Made by a program: the position numbers and the translations under genes
Notes under the pieces: generated by a model
Told to the model about the DNA's origin: nothing
Database searches by the model: none
Seen by the model: the letters and a program-made list of their open reading frames with translations, nothing else
Part shown: positions 11,319-19,940 of the stretch, piece by piece
How positions within the stretch are numbered: the stretch's first letter is position 1
Layout: every line of letters begins with the position of its first letter
Assembly: GCA_045587485.1 (NCBI GenBank)
Contig: JAZNCI010000080.1
Location: forward strand, 18,336 to 82,335
Length of the DNA: 64,000 bases
Direction: 5' to 3'
Source: Clostridia bacterium
GTDB taxonomy: Bacteria > Bacillota > Clostridia > Monoglobales > Monoglobaceae

Positions 11319-11451
11319 CTCCTTAAAGAGGTTATGTTAACGGGATGCTTCCCAGGAATATTTTATCACAAATTGAAAAATATATCAATATGTTAATTAT
11401 ATGTAAAAAATAAATTTTATATACACATTTTTACAAAGGTGGGTGCATTTT

Positions 11452-11730
11452 ATGCAAATTACTGACATCAAGGTCAGAAAAATCAATGCGGAGGGAAGAA
11501 TGAAAGCGGTTGTTTCCGTTACATTCGACGATGCTTTTGTTGTGCACGACATCAAGGTTATTGCAGGTCAGGAAAAACTCTTTATCGCTATGCCCAGCAG
11601 AAAAACTCCGGACGGCGAGTTTAAGGATATTGCACATCCCATTAACGCCGAGATGAGAGAACTTCTTCAGAATATGATTCTTGCAAAATATGAAGAATCA
11701 TTGGCTGAGTATACAGAGGAAGAAAATTAA
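11452..11730 (+). CDS. spoVG: Septation/sporulation regulator SpoVG
   Basis: [37 protein letters not shown] is near-invariant SpoVG sequence. The ATG at 11452 follows AAAGGTGGGTG. The track start at 11443 is an upstream GTG. Confidence 0.93.
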   Translation: MQITDIKVRKINAEGRMKAVVSVTFDDAFVVHDIKVIAGQEKLFIAMPSRKTPDGEFKDIAHPINAEMRELLQNMILAKYEESLAEYTEEEN

Positions 11731-11754
11731 ATTTAATTAATCTCATACAAAAAA

Positions 11755-11800
11755 AGCGATACAGCTTTACCGAAAATGGTCAAGCAGTATCGCTTTTTTT
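11755..11800. terminator. Hairpin terminator shared by convergent spoVG (+) and nrdG (-)
   Basis: AGCGATAC...GTATCGCT stem flanked by AAAAAAA and TTTTTTT. Confidence 0.65.
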
Positions 11801-11826
11801 GGTGTTTAAAACATCCGTAAAAACTG

Positions 11827-12348
11827 TCAGCATTCCCACATAACAGGCGTGCCGCACATCAGCGTTTTGCGAAGATTAAGAATTCTTTGGTTTTCCGAGC
11901 CACGAAAGCGGAGGCAAATATTTTTTTTATCAATTTCAAACCTTCCGTCAACCAGAATATCAATAAAGCTAAGCAATTTATCGGTAATCTCGCATCTGGG
12001 GTGTGGAGAACAAGATAAAAGCTGCTCAATTGTAAAGCCTGTAAATGCCCAGATATTTTTATTTGGATATGTGTTCTTAACTTTTTTCACAAAGGGCAAA
12101 AGTGCACGCTGATTATCCGGTTCAAAGGGCTCGCCTCCAAGAAGTGTAAGACCGTTTATATAGTCAGGCGCGAGCATTTTAATTATTTCATCTTCGGTTT
12201 CTTTAGTGAAAGGCTGTCCGTAATTAAAGTTCCACGTTTCGGGCTGAAAGCAGCCCTCGCAACAATTTGTGCAACCTGAAACGAAAAGGGTGACACGCAC
12301 CCCCTCGCCATTTGCAATATCACAGTTTTTAATTTGTCCGTAATGCAT
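11827..12348 (-). CDS. nrdG: Anaerobic ribonucleoside-triphosphate reductase activating protein (radical SAM)
   Basis: 173 aa with the cluster CTNCCEGCFQPETW. It lies immediately downstream of nrdD, with a 1-nt overlap. Confidence 0.9.
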   Translation of the reverse strand: MHYGQIKNCDIANGEGVRVTLFVSGCTNCCEGCFQPETWNFNYGQPFTKETEDEIIKMLAPDYINGLTLLGGEPFEPDNQRALLPFVKKVKNTYPNKNIWAFTGFTIEQLLSCSPHPRCEITDKLLSFIDILVDGRFEIDKKNICLRFRGSENQRILNLRKTLMCGTPVMWEC

Positions 12349-14522
12349 TATAAGTGAAGCACCCTTTCTTTAATTTCCTGAGTACGTCCCTGATTCCAGT
12401 ACTGTGTGCCGATGTACCCACAGGTGCGTCGTGCTACATTCATTTTGTCTTGATCAGTATTATCACAGTTAGGGCATTTCCATATAAGCTTGCCATCTTC
12501 TTCAACAATTTCAATTTCACCGTCAAAGCCACATTCCTGACAGTAGTCTGATTTGGTGTTAAGCTCGGCATAAATGATGTTGTCGTAGATGAATTTCATA
12601 ACCTGCAGCACTGCTTCGAGATTATGCTGCATATTGGGAACCTCAACATAGCTGATTGCTCCGCCAGGAGATAAATGCTGAAATTGTGCCTCAAAGCGTA
12701 ATTTTTCAAACGCATCAATTTCTTCGCTGACGTGAACGTGATAGCTGTTGGTGATGTACCCTTTATCTGTAACGCCCGGTATAACGCCAAACCTCTTTTG
12801 GAGGCATTTTGCAAATTTGTAGGTTGTGGATTCAAGCGGTGTTCCGTACAGACTGAAATCAATATTATGTTTAGCCTTCCAACCGCGGCACGCAGCATTC
12901 ATTTTTTCCATAACATCAAGGGCAAAAGGCGTTGCTTCGGGGTCGGTATGGCTTTTGCCGGTCATATATTTTACACATTCATAAAGACCTGCGTAGCCAA
13001 GAGAAATGGTTGAGTAACCGCCAAAAAGCAGTTTGTCAATTGATTCGCCTTTTTTAAGACGAGCCAAAGCTCCGTGCTGCCAAAGAATGGGTGCAGCGTC
13101 TGAAAGAGTTCCTTTAAGTCTTTCGTGGCGGCAGAGGAGTGCTCTGTGGCAAAGCTCAAGCCTTTCGTCAAATATCTTCCAGAAATTTTCCTTGTCACCG
13201 CCTGATGAGAGAGCGATATCAACAAGATTGATGGTCACAACACCCTGATTAAATCTGCCGTAATATTTTGGCTTTCCGTTTTCATCAACATAAGGGGTAA
13301 GAAAACTGCGGCAACCCATACAGGTATAGCAATGGCCTTCGCCGTTTTTATCCACTTTCAGCTCCAGCATCTTCTTTTCTGAGATATAATCAGGAACCAT
13401 TCTTTTTGCGGTGCATTTTGCTGCAAGCTCGGTAAGATAACGGTATTTGGAATTTTCGTGGATGTTGTTTTCCTCGAGCACATAAATCAGCTTGGGAAAT
13501 GCCGGGGTAACCCAAATACCTTTTTCGTTCTTTACGCCTTCATAGCGTTGCAGAAGAACCTCTTCAATAATTAAAGCAAGGTCGTGTCTGGTCTGTTCGT
13601 CCTCTGCTTCGCCAAGATACATAAATACCGTAACAAACGGAGCCTGGCCGTTTGTGGTGAGCAGTGTCACAACCTGATACTGAATGGTCTGAACACCACG
13701 TCGGATTTCTTCGCGAACACGCTTTTCAGCCATTTCAGCGAGCTGAGCATCGGTAATTTCAATCCCTAATGCATCCATTTCTGCCTTAACCTGCTTTAAG
13801 AATTTTTGACGGGATACCTGAACAAATGGTGCAAGATGTGTCAGCGAGATTGACTGGCCGCCATATTGGTTTGATGCAACCTGTGCTATAATTTGGGTTG
13901 CAATGTTACAAGCGGTTGAAAAACTGTGAGGACGTTCGATGAGTGTTCCTGTAATAACTGTTCCGTTTTGGAGCATATCCTCAAGGTTTACAAGGTCACA
14001 GTTGTGCATATGCTGTGCAAAATAGTCAGAGTCGTGAAAATGGATAAGACCCTCGTTATGAGCCGCTACAATATCCGGCGGCAAAAGAATTCGGTTGGTA
14101 ATATCCTTCGAAACCTCACCTGCCATATAGTCACGCTGAGTAGAGTTAACTACAGGGTTTTTGTTGGAATTTTCTTGTTTCGCCTCTTCGTTATTGCACT
14201 CGATAAGAGAAAGAATTTTATTGTCGGTTGTATTACTCCTACGCACCAACGAACGGGTGTAGCGGTATGTAATATAATTTTTTGCTACCTCAAAAGCGCC
14301 GTGTGCCATAATCTTTTTTTCCACAAGGTCCTGAATTTCTTCAACCGAGGGAGCTCGACCCAAAGTCTCGCAGGAAATAACAACAGCCTCGGTAATGCGC
14401 TTGATTTGCAGGTCGGTCATACGGACATCCTCGGGTACAGACTCGTTTGCCTTGGTAATGGCAACAAGTATTTTTTCTTCATTAAAATTTTCTTCAGCGC
14501 CGTTTCTTTTAATAATTTTCAT
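12348..14522 (-). CDS. nrdD: Anaerobic ribonucleoside-triphosphate reductase (class III)
   Basis: 724 aa with an N-terminal ATP-cone, a C-terminal Zn-ribbon CQECGFDGE...CPNCDN, and the glycyl-radical tail RTCGYIG. Confidence 0.95.
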   Translation of the reverse strand: MKIIKRNGAEENFNEEKILVAITKANESVPEDVRMTDLQIKRITEAVVISCETLGRAPSVEEIQDLVEKKIMAHGAFEVAKNYITYRYTRSLVRRSNTTDNKILSLIECNNEEAKQENSNKNPVVNSTQRDYMAGEVSKDITNRILLPPDIVAAHNEGLIHFHDSDYFAQHMHNCDLVNLEDMLQNGTVITGTLIERPHSFSTACNIATQIIAQVASNQYGGQSISLTHLAPFVQVSRQKFLKQVKAEMDALGIEITDAQLAEMAEKRVREEIRRGVQTIQYQVVTLLTTNGQAPFVTVFMYLGEAEDEQTRHDLALIIEEVLLQRYEGVKNEKGIWVTPAFPKLIYVLEENNIHENSKYRYLTELAAKCTAKRMVPDYISEKKMLELKVDKNGEGHCYTCMGCRSFLTPYVDENGKPKYYGRFNQGVVTINLVDIALSSGGDKENFWKIFDERLELCHRALLCRHERLKGTLSDAAPILWQHGALARLKKGESIDKLLFGGYSTISLGYAGLYECVKYMTGKSHTDPEATPFALDVMEKMNAACRGWKAKHNIDFSLYGTPLESTTYKFAKCLQKRFGVIPGVTDKGYITNSYHVHVSEEIDAFEKLRFEAQFQHLSPGGAISYVEVPNMQHNLEAVLQVMKFIYDNIIYAELNTKSDYCQECGFDGEIEIVEEDGKLIWKCPNCDNTDQDKMNVARRTCGYIGTQYWNQGRTQEIKERVLHL

Positions 14523-14555
14523 GGGTATACCCCCTTATATGTAAAAAATATAAAA

Positions 14556-14604
14556 CCACAATATATTGTGTTATCAATGTGGTGCAAGAAACATTATATA
14601 GTAA
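14556..14604. promoter_or_regulatory. Two NrdR boxes in the nrdD promoter/leader
   Basis: CCACAATATATTGTGT (14556-14571) and AAACATTATATAGTAA (14589-14604) resemble the 16-bp palindromic NrdR operator acaCwAtATaTwGtgt. Their centres are 33 bp apart, and the second box overlaps the nrdD -10. Confidence 0.65.
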
Positions 14605-14621
14605 AATTGGGGGTATGTCAA
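14593..14621 (-). promoter_or_regulatory. nrdD sigma-A promoter
   Basis: The reverse strand reads TTGACA (14621-14616), a 17-nt spacer, then TATAAT (14598-14593). Confidence 0.65.
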
Positions 14622-14685
14622 TAGAAAAATCAATTATTTTAAAAATATATTGTAATTCTTTCTGCTTTGTGGTATAATAACAAAT

Positions 14686-14838
14686 GCCAAATCAAAATTT
14701 TATAACTACCGAGAATGTTTTTGTCTTTAGGTAAAAACGTACTGCTATACTTTTATGCATTCTTGGTGTTATTTAAGTTTTGGTTTGGCGACTAAGCGGT
14801 GCGTTTTTCGGTGTGCACCCTGTGCGCACCTTTTTTTT
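14686..14838 (+). ncRNA. Candidate structured small RNA, copy A (paralog of 47771-47924)
   Basis: Promoter TTGTAA (14650-14655), 17 nt, TGTGG-TATAAT (14673-14678). Stem P1 is 14686-14698/14777-14789 and P2 is 14707-14717/14758-14768. The terminator is GGTGTGCAC-CCT-GTGCGCACC (14810-14830) plus T8. It aligns along its whole length with the minus-strand unit near 47.8 kb, with compensatory changes in the stems. There is no RBS or conserved ORF. Confidence 0.55.
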
Positions 14839-14919
14839 GCACCGTTACATACTCCATGTTTGCGAGGCAAATTAAACAAGAAACCCCACCTTACGGTGGG
14901 GTTTCGCCTTTTTAAATTG

Positions 14920-15268
14920 TTACGGCAGATCTGTAAGCCGAGTTCTGTCATTTAAGACGGTCATCTATCTAAGCCGGGCATCACTGCCGGGCTTCAGCCA
15001 CCTACCCGAAAGTCGCCGGGCCAGCTTAATCTTTCCTATAAGGTGTTGCTCCAGGTGGGGTTTACAGCACGCTTCCGTCGCCGGAGCGTGGGTGAGCTCT
15101 TACCTCGCCTTTCCACCCTTACCCGAAAAAACGGGCGGTATATTTCTGTTGCACTTTCCTTAAAGTTGCCTTCACAAGGGGTTACCTTGCACCCTGCCCT
15201 GTGGAGCTCGGACTTTCCTCACGCACAGGATTTCTCCTTTGTGCCCGCGACCGTCCAATCTGCCGATG
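14920..15268 (-). ncRNA. rnpB: RNase P RNA, bacterial type A
   Basis: The reverse strand contains GAGGAAAGTCCGAGCTCCACAGGGCAGGGTGC, AGTGCAACAGAAA, GGTAAGAGCTCACC and ACAGAACTCGGCTTACAG. P1 is formed by CGGCAGAT (5') and ATCTGCCG (3'). The ends are approximate to within a few nt. Confidence 0.9.
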
Positions 15269-15274
15269 TAGCCT

Positions 15275-15303
15275 ATTATACTACAACTATTTCTGAATGT
15301 AAA
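15275..15303 (-). promoter_or_regulatory. rnpB promoter, overlapping the last codons of serA
   Basis: The reverse strand reads TTTACA (15303-15298), 17 nt, TATAAT (15280-15275), about 7-10 nt upstream of the P1 5' strand. Confidence 0.6.
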
Positions 15304-16456
15304 GACTAACTTTAATTACACCATCAATTGTTTTAATACCATCAAGCATTGCTGTTGTAATTTCTGTGTGGGTGTCAAGCATGGTGTATGCATAGTCGCC
15401 CTTACTTTTATTAATCATATTTTCTATATTAATGTTGTTCTTTGTAAATACATCGGTAATCTGGTTAAGCATTGTTGGAATATTTTTGTGAGCAATTGTC
15501 ATACGCGAGCCGCAGACCTTACCCATATCGCAGTTGGGGAAGTTTACCGAGTTCTTGATGTTGCCGTTTTCCAAAAAGTCTTTAAGCTCCTGAGCTGCCA
15601 TAACAGCACAGTTATCTTCACTTTCGGGTGTTGATGCACCAAGGTGTGGCATACATACTACCTTGTCTGACTTGAGAAGTTCTTCTGTTGCAAAGTCGGT
15701 AACGTATGCTGCAACGGTCTCGTCTTCAAGAGCGCTGAGAATAGCAGCGGTGTCAACAAGTTCGGCTCTTGAGAAGTTAAGAAGTCTAACGCCCTTTTTA
15801 ACCTTTTTGAAGAGGTCTGCATTAAACATACCCTTTGTATCTGCTGTTGCAGGAACATGAATTGAAATGTAATCACTCTGTGCAAGAACTGTGTCAACGT
15901 CATTTGCCTTAACAGCGGCACGGGTCATATTCCAAGCGGCATCAACCGAAAGATAGGGGTCATAGCCAATTACGTTCATACCAAGTGCGTGTGCCGCATT
16001 TGCAACACGGACACCGATAGCACCCAAACCGATAATACCAAGAGTTTTGCCCGTGATTTCGGGGCCAACAAAGTTTGATTTACCCTTTTCAACAAGCTTG
16101 CTTACCTGGTCGCCTTCGCCGATAAGAGTTTTTGCCCAGTTGATACCCTGAACAACCTTTCTTGATGCAAGTAAAAGACCTGCAATAACAAGCTCCTTAA
16201 CTGCGTTTGCGTTTGCGCCGGGAGTGTTGAAAACAACAATACCCTTTTCACTGCACTTGTCAATGGGAATGTTGTTTGTACCTGCGCCTGCACGGGCAAC
16301 AGCAGCTAAAGATTCGGGGAGCTCCATATCGTGCATATTAAAGCTTCTCAGAATGATACCGTCGGGATTTTCAACTTCATCTCCAAAGGTATATTTATCA
16401 TCAAATACATTAAGACCGATTTTTGCGATCTTGTTTAAAGTTTGAACTTTATACAT
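15287..16456 (-). CDS. serA: D-3-phosphoglycerate dehydrogenase
   Basis: 389 aa. It has the 2-hydroxyacid dehydrogenase NAD fold (GIIGLGAIGVRVA) and a C-terminal ACT-like domain, and it is adjacent to serC. Confidence 0.9.
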   Translation of the reverse strand: MYKVQTLNKIAKIGLNVFDDKYTFGDEVENPDGIILRSFNMHDMELPESLAAVARAGAGTNNIPIDKCSEKGIVVFNTPGANANAVKELVIAGLLLASRKVVQGINWAKTLIGEGDQVSKLVEKGKSNFVGPEITGKTLGIIGLGAIGVRVANAAHALGMNVIGYDPYLSVDAAWNMTRAAVKANDVDTVLAQSDYISIHVPATADTKGMFNADLFKKVKKGVRLLNFSRAELVDTAAILSALEDETVAAYVTDFATEELLKSDKVVCMPHLGASTPESEDNCAVMAAQELKDFLENGNIKNSVNFPNCDMGKVCGSRMTIAHKNIPTMLNQITDVFTKNNINIENMINKSKGDYAYTMLDTHTEITTAMLDGIKTIDGVIKVSLYIQK

Positions 16457-16470
16457 TTCTATAATCTCCT

Positions 16471-17550
16471 TTAGGCATTTTCTGCTTCAAATTTCTTCAT
16501 AAACTCAACAAGAGCCTCAACACCTTCATAGGGCATTGCGTTATAAATGCTTGCGCGCATACCACCAACGCTGCGGTGTCCTTTAAGGTTTTCGAAGCCT
16601 GCTGCAGATGCTTCCTTACAGAATTTCTTGTCAAGGTCTGCATCGCCTGTAACAAAGCAAACGTTCATCATTGAACGGTACTTCTTTTCAGCGGTAGCCT
16701 TGAAGAGCTTTGATTGGTCGAGGAAATCATAAAGAAGAGCAGCCTTCTTTTCGTTTCTTTCCTTCATAGCTGTCAAACCGCCGTTTTTGAGTGCCCACTT
16801 ATAAACCAGACCTGCAACATAAATTGCATAGCAAGGAGGTGTGTTATACATAGAGTCGTTATCTGCCATTGTCTTATAGTCAAGCATTGTGGGAATATCC
16901 TCACGAGCGGTGCCCATAAGGTCTTCACGGATGATAACAACTGTAAGACCTGCAGGCGCCATATTCTTCTGTGCCCCTGCATAGATTACGCCAAACTTTG
17001 TAACGTCAACAGGTTCGCTTGTGATGCATGATGACATATCAGCAACCAGAACCTTGTCGCCAACATTGGGGATTTCAGGATATTTTGTGCCAAAGATGGT
17101 GTTGTTATAGCAAACGTGAACATAGTCGGCGTCTTCGCGTACCATATCGGGCGTGATTTCAGGTATGTAGCTGAAGGTTTTGTCTTCAGATGTTGCAATA
17201 CATTTTGCATCGCCGTATTTTTTAGCTTCTTTATAAGCCTTGCCTGAGAACTGACCTGATACGATATAGTCAGCCTTACCTGTTTTCATAAGGTTGAGGG
17301 GGATTGCCGCAAACTGAGTTGATGCACCGCCCTGAAGAAAGAGCACCTTGTAGTTATCGGGAATGTTCATAAGCTTTCTGAAATCAGCTTCTGTTTCCTT
17401 AATGATTGCATCATAAACAGGAGAACGGTGGCTCATTTCCATAACCGACATGCCAGAACCCTTATAGTTGGTCATCTCTGCCGCACACTGTTCAAGAACT
17501 TCAAGAGGCAACATTGAAGGACCTGCTGAAAAATTATAAATTCTATCCAC
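16471..17550 (-). CDS. serC: Phosphoserine aminotransferase
   Basis: RIYNFSAGPSMLP is the canonical SerC N-terminus. I prefer the GTG at 17550, 8 nt after GGAG. The track's ATG at 17568 adds 6 unlikely residues. Confidence 0.92.
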   Translation of the reverse strand: MDRIYNFSAGPSMLPLEVLEQCAAEMTNYKGSGMSVMEMSHRSPVYDAIIKETEADFRKLMNIPDNYKVLFLQGGASTQFAAIPLNLMKTGKADYIVSGQFSGKAYKEAKKYGDAKCIATSEDKTFSYIPEITPDMVREDADYVHVCYNNTIFGTKYPEIPNVGDKVLVADMSSCITSEPVDVTKFGVIYAGAQKNMAPAGLTVVIIREDLMGTAREDIPTMLDYKTMADNDSMYNTPPCYAIYVAGLVYKWALKNGGLTAMKERNEKKAALLYDFLDQSKLFKATAEKKYRSMMNVCFVTGDADLDKKFCKEASAAGFENLKGHRSVGGMRASIYNAMPYEGVEALVEFMKKFEAENA

Positions 17551-17659
17551 AAAAAACACTCCAATCATAAATTTATAATAAATTTAAATATTTCAAATTA
17601 TAGTATATAACTTTTTTTCTTGTCCGTCAATATAAAATTGATTATTTTTTAACAAAAAT

Positions 17660-18022
17660 CTACCAATAGTTGGTGCGAAACCCCCTGTATATTTCATACA
17701 ATCCAACCAAAAGTAGGAAAAAGCCAAATAATCTTTGTAATAAATCGCCATTTAACGTGGTGGCAAGCCATGCGCCTGAAGCTGCACCAATTATACCAGA
17801 GCAACCTATAATAGCAGCGGTTTTGAATTCAACATTTTTATTTTTTATATGGACAATCAATGAAATAACTGCTGTGGGTATAAAGTAGGTTAGATTTATG
17901 CCCTGCGCCATTTGTTGATTTATACCTTCAATTAAAATGAGTGCAGGAATTAAAATTGCTCCGCCGCCAATACCCATCCCACTGATTATGCCACTCAAAA
18001 AGCCGGTGATGATATTAAGCAT
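17660..18022 (-). CDS. Half-size TauE/SafE (TSUP) family membrane protein, second of a pair
   Basis: 120 aa and about 4 TM. The GIGGGAILIPAL motif is typical of TSUP repeats. Confidence 0.8.
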   Translation of the reverse strand: MLNIITGFLSGIISGMGIGGGAILIPALILIEGINQQMAQGINLTYFIPTAVISLIVHIKNKNVEFKTAAIIGCSGIIGAASGAWLATTLNGDLLQRLFGFFLLLVGLYEIYRGFRTNYW

Positions 18023-18031
18023 AACTACCTC

Positions 18032-18400
18032 CTAAAAAATCATTTTTACGGCGGTTATACAAATGACGCCGCCAAAGAGTATCTTCAGCCATTTTTTAGG
18101 AATCTTCCCAAGAAGCTTTGCTCCTACAAAACCGCCAGCAATTCCCCCAATCGAAACCAAAGCCCATAGCTTAATATTAAAAAACCCTTTATTAATATAT
18201 GTTACAGAGCTTACAAGAGACATCATTAATATTATGGCAATAGCAGTAGAATGAGCCTTCTTTTCATCAATATTTAGAAATTTTTCCATAGCCGGAACTA
18301 CCACCGAACCGCCTCCGGCCCCAAAGAGCCCGTTAAGAATGCCCGTCAGCGCACCAATTATGATTTCTTTATGGTATTTTTTCAACAAAAAAACCTCCAA
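18032..18400 (-). CDS. Half-size TauE/SafE (TSUP) family membrane protein, first of a pair
   Basis: 122 aa and about 4 TM, with the GAGGGSVVVPAM motif. It ends 9 nt upstream of its partner. Confidence 0.8.
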   Translation of the reverse strand: MEVFLLKKYHKEIIIGALTGILNGLFGAGGGSVVVPAMEKFLNIDEKKAHSTAIAIILMMSLVSSVTYINKGFFNIKLWALVSIGGIAGGFVGAKLLGKIPKKWLKILFGGVICITAVKMIF

Positions 18401-18436
18401 AAACTTTTTTAGTAGTTTTTGAAGGTTTATGGTTAA

Positions 18437-19360
18437 TTATTCTGTTCTATGCAAATTTTTTATATAATCAAAAAGAATTCCCTCACGCACACCAACATCT
18501 GCCACAAGGAGGTTTGGCGAGGAAAGTCTTTTTTTCAACTCCATTAAAGGCAGCAAACCGGCTAGGATAATATCTGCCCGTTCTTCGCCTATTCCGGGCA
18601 AAAATTTGCGGTCATGTGGGGGAGTGTTTGCAATAGAGTTAAAGAGAGTGTCGATTTCCCGACCTGAGATTTTGTGATGTGAAATAGTTGTTTTTGAAAA
18701 ATCCTTCATATGATATTTTGCTAAAGAACGTAAAGTTCCGCCAATTCCCACAATTTGTGCACCCTTCATTTTATCAAGCCATGGCAGCTTTGAAATTTGT
18801 GTGGAAATATAATTTATGGCATCGGTAATTTCCCGAGAACTTTCTCCTTTTGAGAAAAACGTTTCGGTAATCCAGCGGGAACCCATGGGGATGCTTATGG
18901 CGGGTTTTTGCATATTGCCGCTTTGTATTGCAATAAACTCCGTGCTGCCGCCGCCTATATCGCAGATAACACCCTCTTTGCAGCCAAAAGTTTCTGAAAT
19001 TGCCAGACAATCAAGTTCAGCCTCGGTTTCGCCGTCTATTACTTCAATAGTAATGCCAGTTGCGTTTTTAACAGTATTAATAAAGTCTTTGCTGTTTTGG
19101 GCTTTACGTACGGCAGCGGTTGCAACTGTTCGAAGGTCGGTAACGCCAAATCTTTGCATAATGTGCTTATATTCCAGTAAAGAGTTAACTGCACGAAGTT
19201 GTGCCTCGGGCTTAAGACACATATCTTCAGTCATACCTTCACTTAGCTTTATCATACTGCGATAGTTTCCTGTTTGACGAAAGGTTTTGTCGGCATTAAT
19301 TTCAAAAATGCTCATTCTGATGGAATTTGAGCCTAAATCTATAACTGCAAGTTTTTTCAT
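18437..19360 (-). CDS. Ppx/GppA-family phosphatase (exopolyphosphatase-like, no HD domain)
   Basis: 307 aa. It starts AVIDLGSNSIRMSIFE and has DIGGGSTEF, the ASKHA-fold motifs of Ppx/GppA. Confidence 0.88.
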   Translation of the reverse strand: MKKLAVIDLGSNSIRMSIFEINADKTFRQTGNYRSMIKLSEGMTEDMCLKPEAQLRAVNSLLEYKHIMQRFGVTDLRTVATAAVRKAQNSKDFINTVKNATGITIEVIDGETEAELDCLAISETFGCKEGVICDIGGGSTEFIAIQSGNMQKPAISIPMGSRWITETFFSKGESSREITDAINYISTQISKLPWLDKMKGAQIVGIGGTLRSLAKYHMKDFSKTTISHHKISGREIDTLFNSIANTPPHDRKFLPGIGEERADIILAGLLPLMELKKRLSSPNLLVADVGVREGILFDYIKNLHRTE

Positions 19361-19407
19361 AAGTAAAAATTCCTTCCAATATAAAGGGCTGCAAGGTTAA
19401 TAAAATC

Positions 19408-19436
19408 TTGACAAAAGCACTTAAATATAGTATACT
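19408..19436 (+). promoter_or_regulatory. Promoter of tRNA-Thr(CGU)
   Basis: TTGACA (19408-19413), 17 nt, TATACT (19431-19436). Confidence 0.6.
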
Positions 19437-19452
19437 CATTAAAGTTGAATAT

Positions 19453-19528
19453 GCTTGTGTAGCACAGTTGGTAGTGCAGCGCATTCGTAATGCGCAGGTC
19501 GCAGGTTCGAGTCCCGTCACAAGCTCCA
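19453..19528 (+). tRNA. tRNA-Thr (anticodon CGT), CCA encoded
   Basis: Manual cloverleaf: acceptor GCTTGTG/CACAAGC, anticodon arm GCGCA-TTCGTAA-TGCGC, T-loop GGTTCGAGTCC. The T-stem has one A.C mismatch. Confidence 0.9.
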
Positions 19529-19622
19529 AGGACGTTTGGTTTTTACCAGATGTCCTTTTTGAATTTTATCATAAAACTTTAATTTTTGTCAACGGCCAGA
19601 CAAAGCATCAAAACAACTCCGA
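19505..19622 (+). repeat. 118-bp direct repeat, copy 1 (tRNA-Thr T-arm and 3' end, terminator, downstream spacer)
   Basis: Matches 24742-24859 at 114 of 118 positions by my count. The offset is 5237 bp. Confidence 0.85.
19529..19560 (+). terminator. tRNA-Thr terminator
   Basis: AGGACGTTTGG...CCAGATGTCCT stem (includes G.U pairs) followed by TTTTT. Confidence 0.7.
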
Positions 19623-19940
19623 TGACGCAAGAGCAGTCGCTTGAAGCATGCAGTGATTACTATGAAAAGAGAGATTTGAAGGACAAAGAATTACACGGTT
19701 AATACTTATAATACAAAAGTCAATGCTTTGAATTTAACATAATGGGCATTGACCTTTAATATTATTTTTGATATAATTTTCGGCAGAGAAAACGCTTGAT
19801 GGCAAGTAACGTAATTTTTGCCAAAAAGCAGTGAGTTTGGTGCAAAAAGATGGGCAACGAATGGCATCGTGGCATCAGAAAAATTGCCAAAACCCTTGAT
19901 TTACAAGGGTTTGTAAGATGTCGTACGGCTTTCGTAATGC

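Noticed and set aside
13926-14624. 232-aa plus-strand ORF
   Set aside because: It is antisense to the 5' part of nrdD and its promoter.
14686-14838. Whether the sRNA is 6S RNA or SRP RNA
   Set aside because: The paired region is only about 105 nt, with no large central bubble flanked by long helices as in 6S RNA. The conserved SRP domain IV sequence (GGAA tetraloop with flanking G/C-rich loops) is absent. This still needs a covariance-model search to be certain.
14755-15309. ORFs 14755..14955, 14769..14951 and 15043..15309
   Set aside because: They lie within the sRNA terminators and the RNase P RNA gene. Their only conservation is explained by RNA structure.
19623-19700. Possible relic of a second SLH-gene 3' end beyond direct-repeat copy 1
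   Set aside because: The minus-strand reading ...QATALASSELF* only loosely resembles the real C-terminus ...ETAVFLNRVSELF*. Beyond the five shared codons the similarity is too weak to call.
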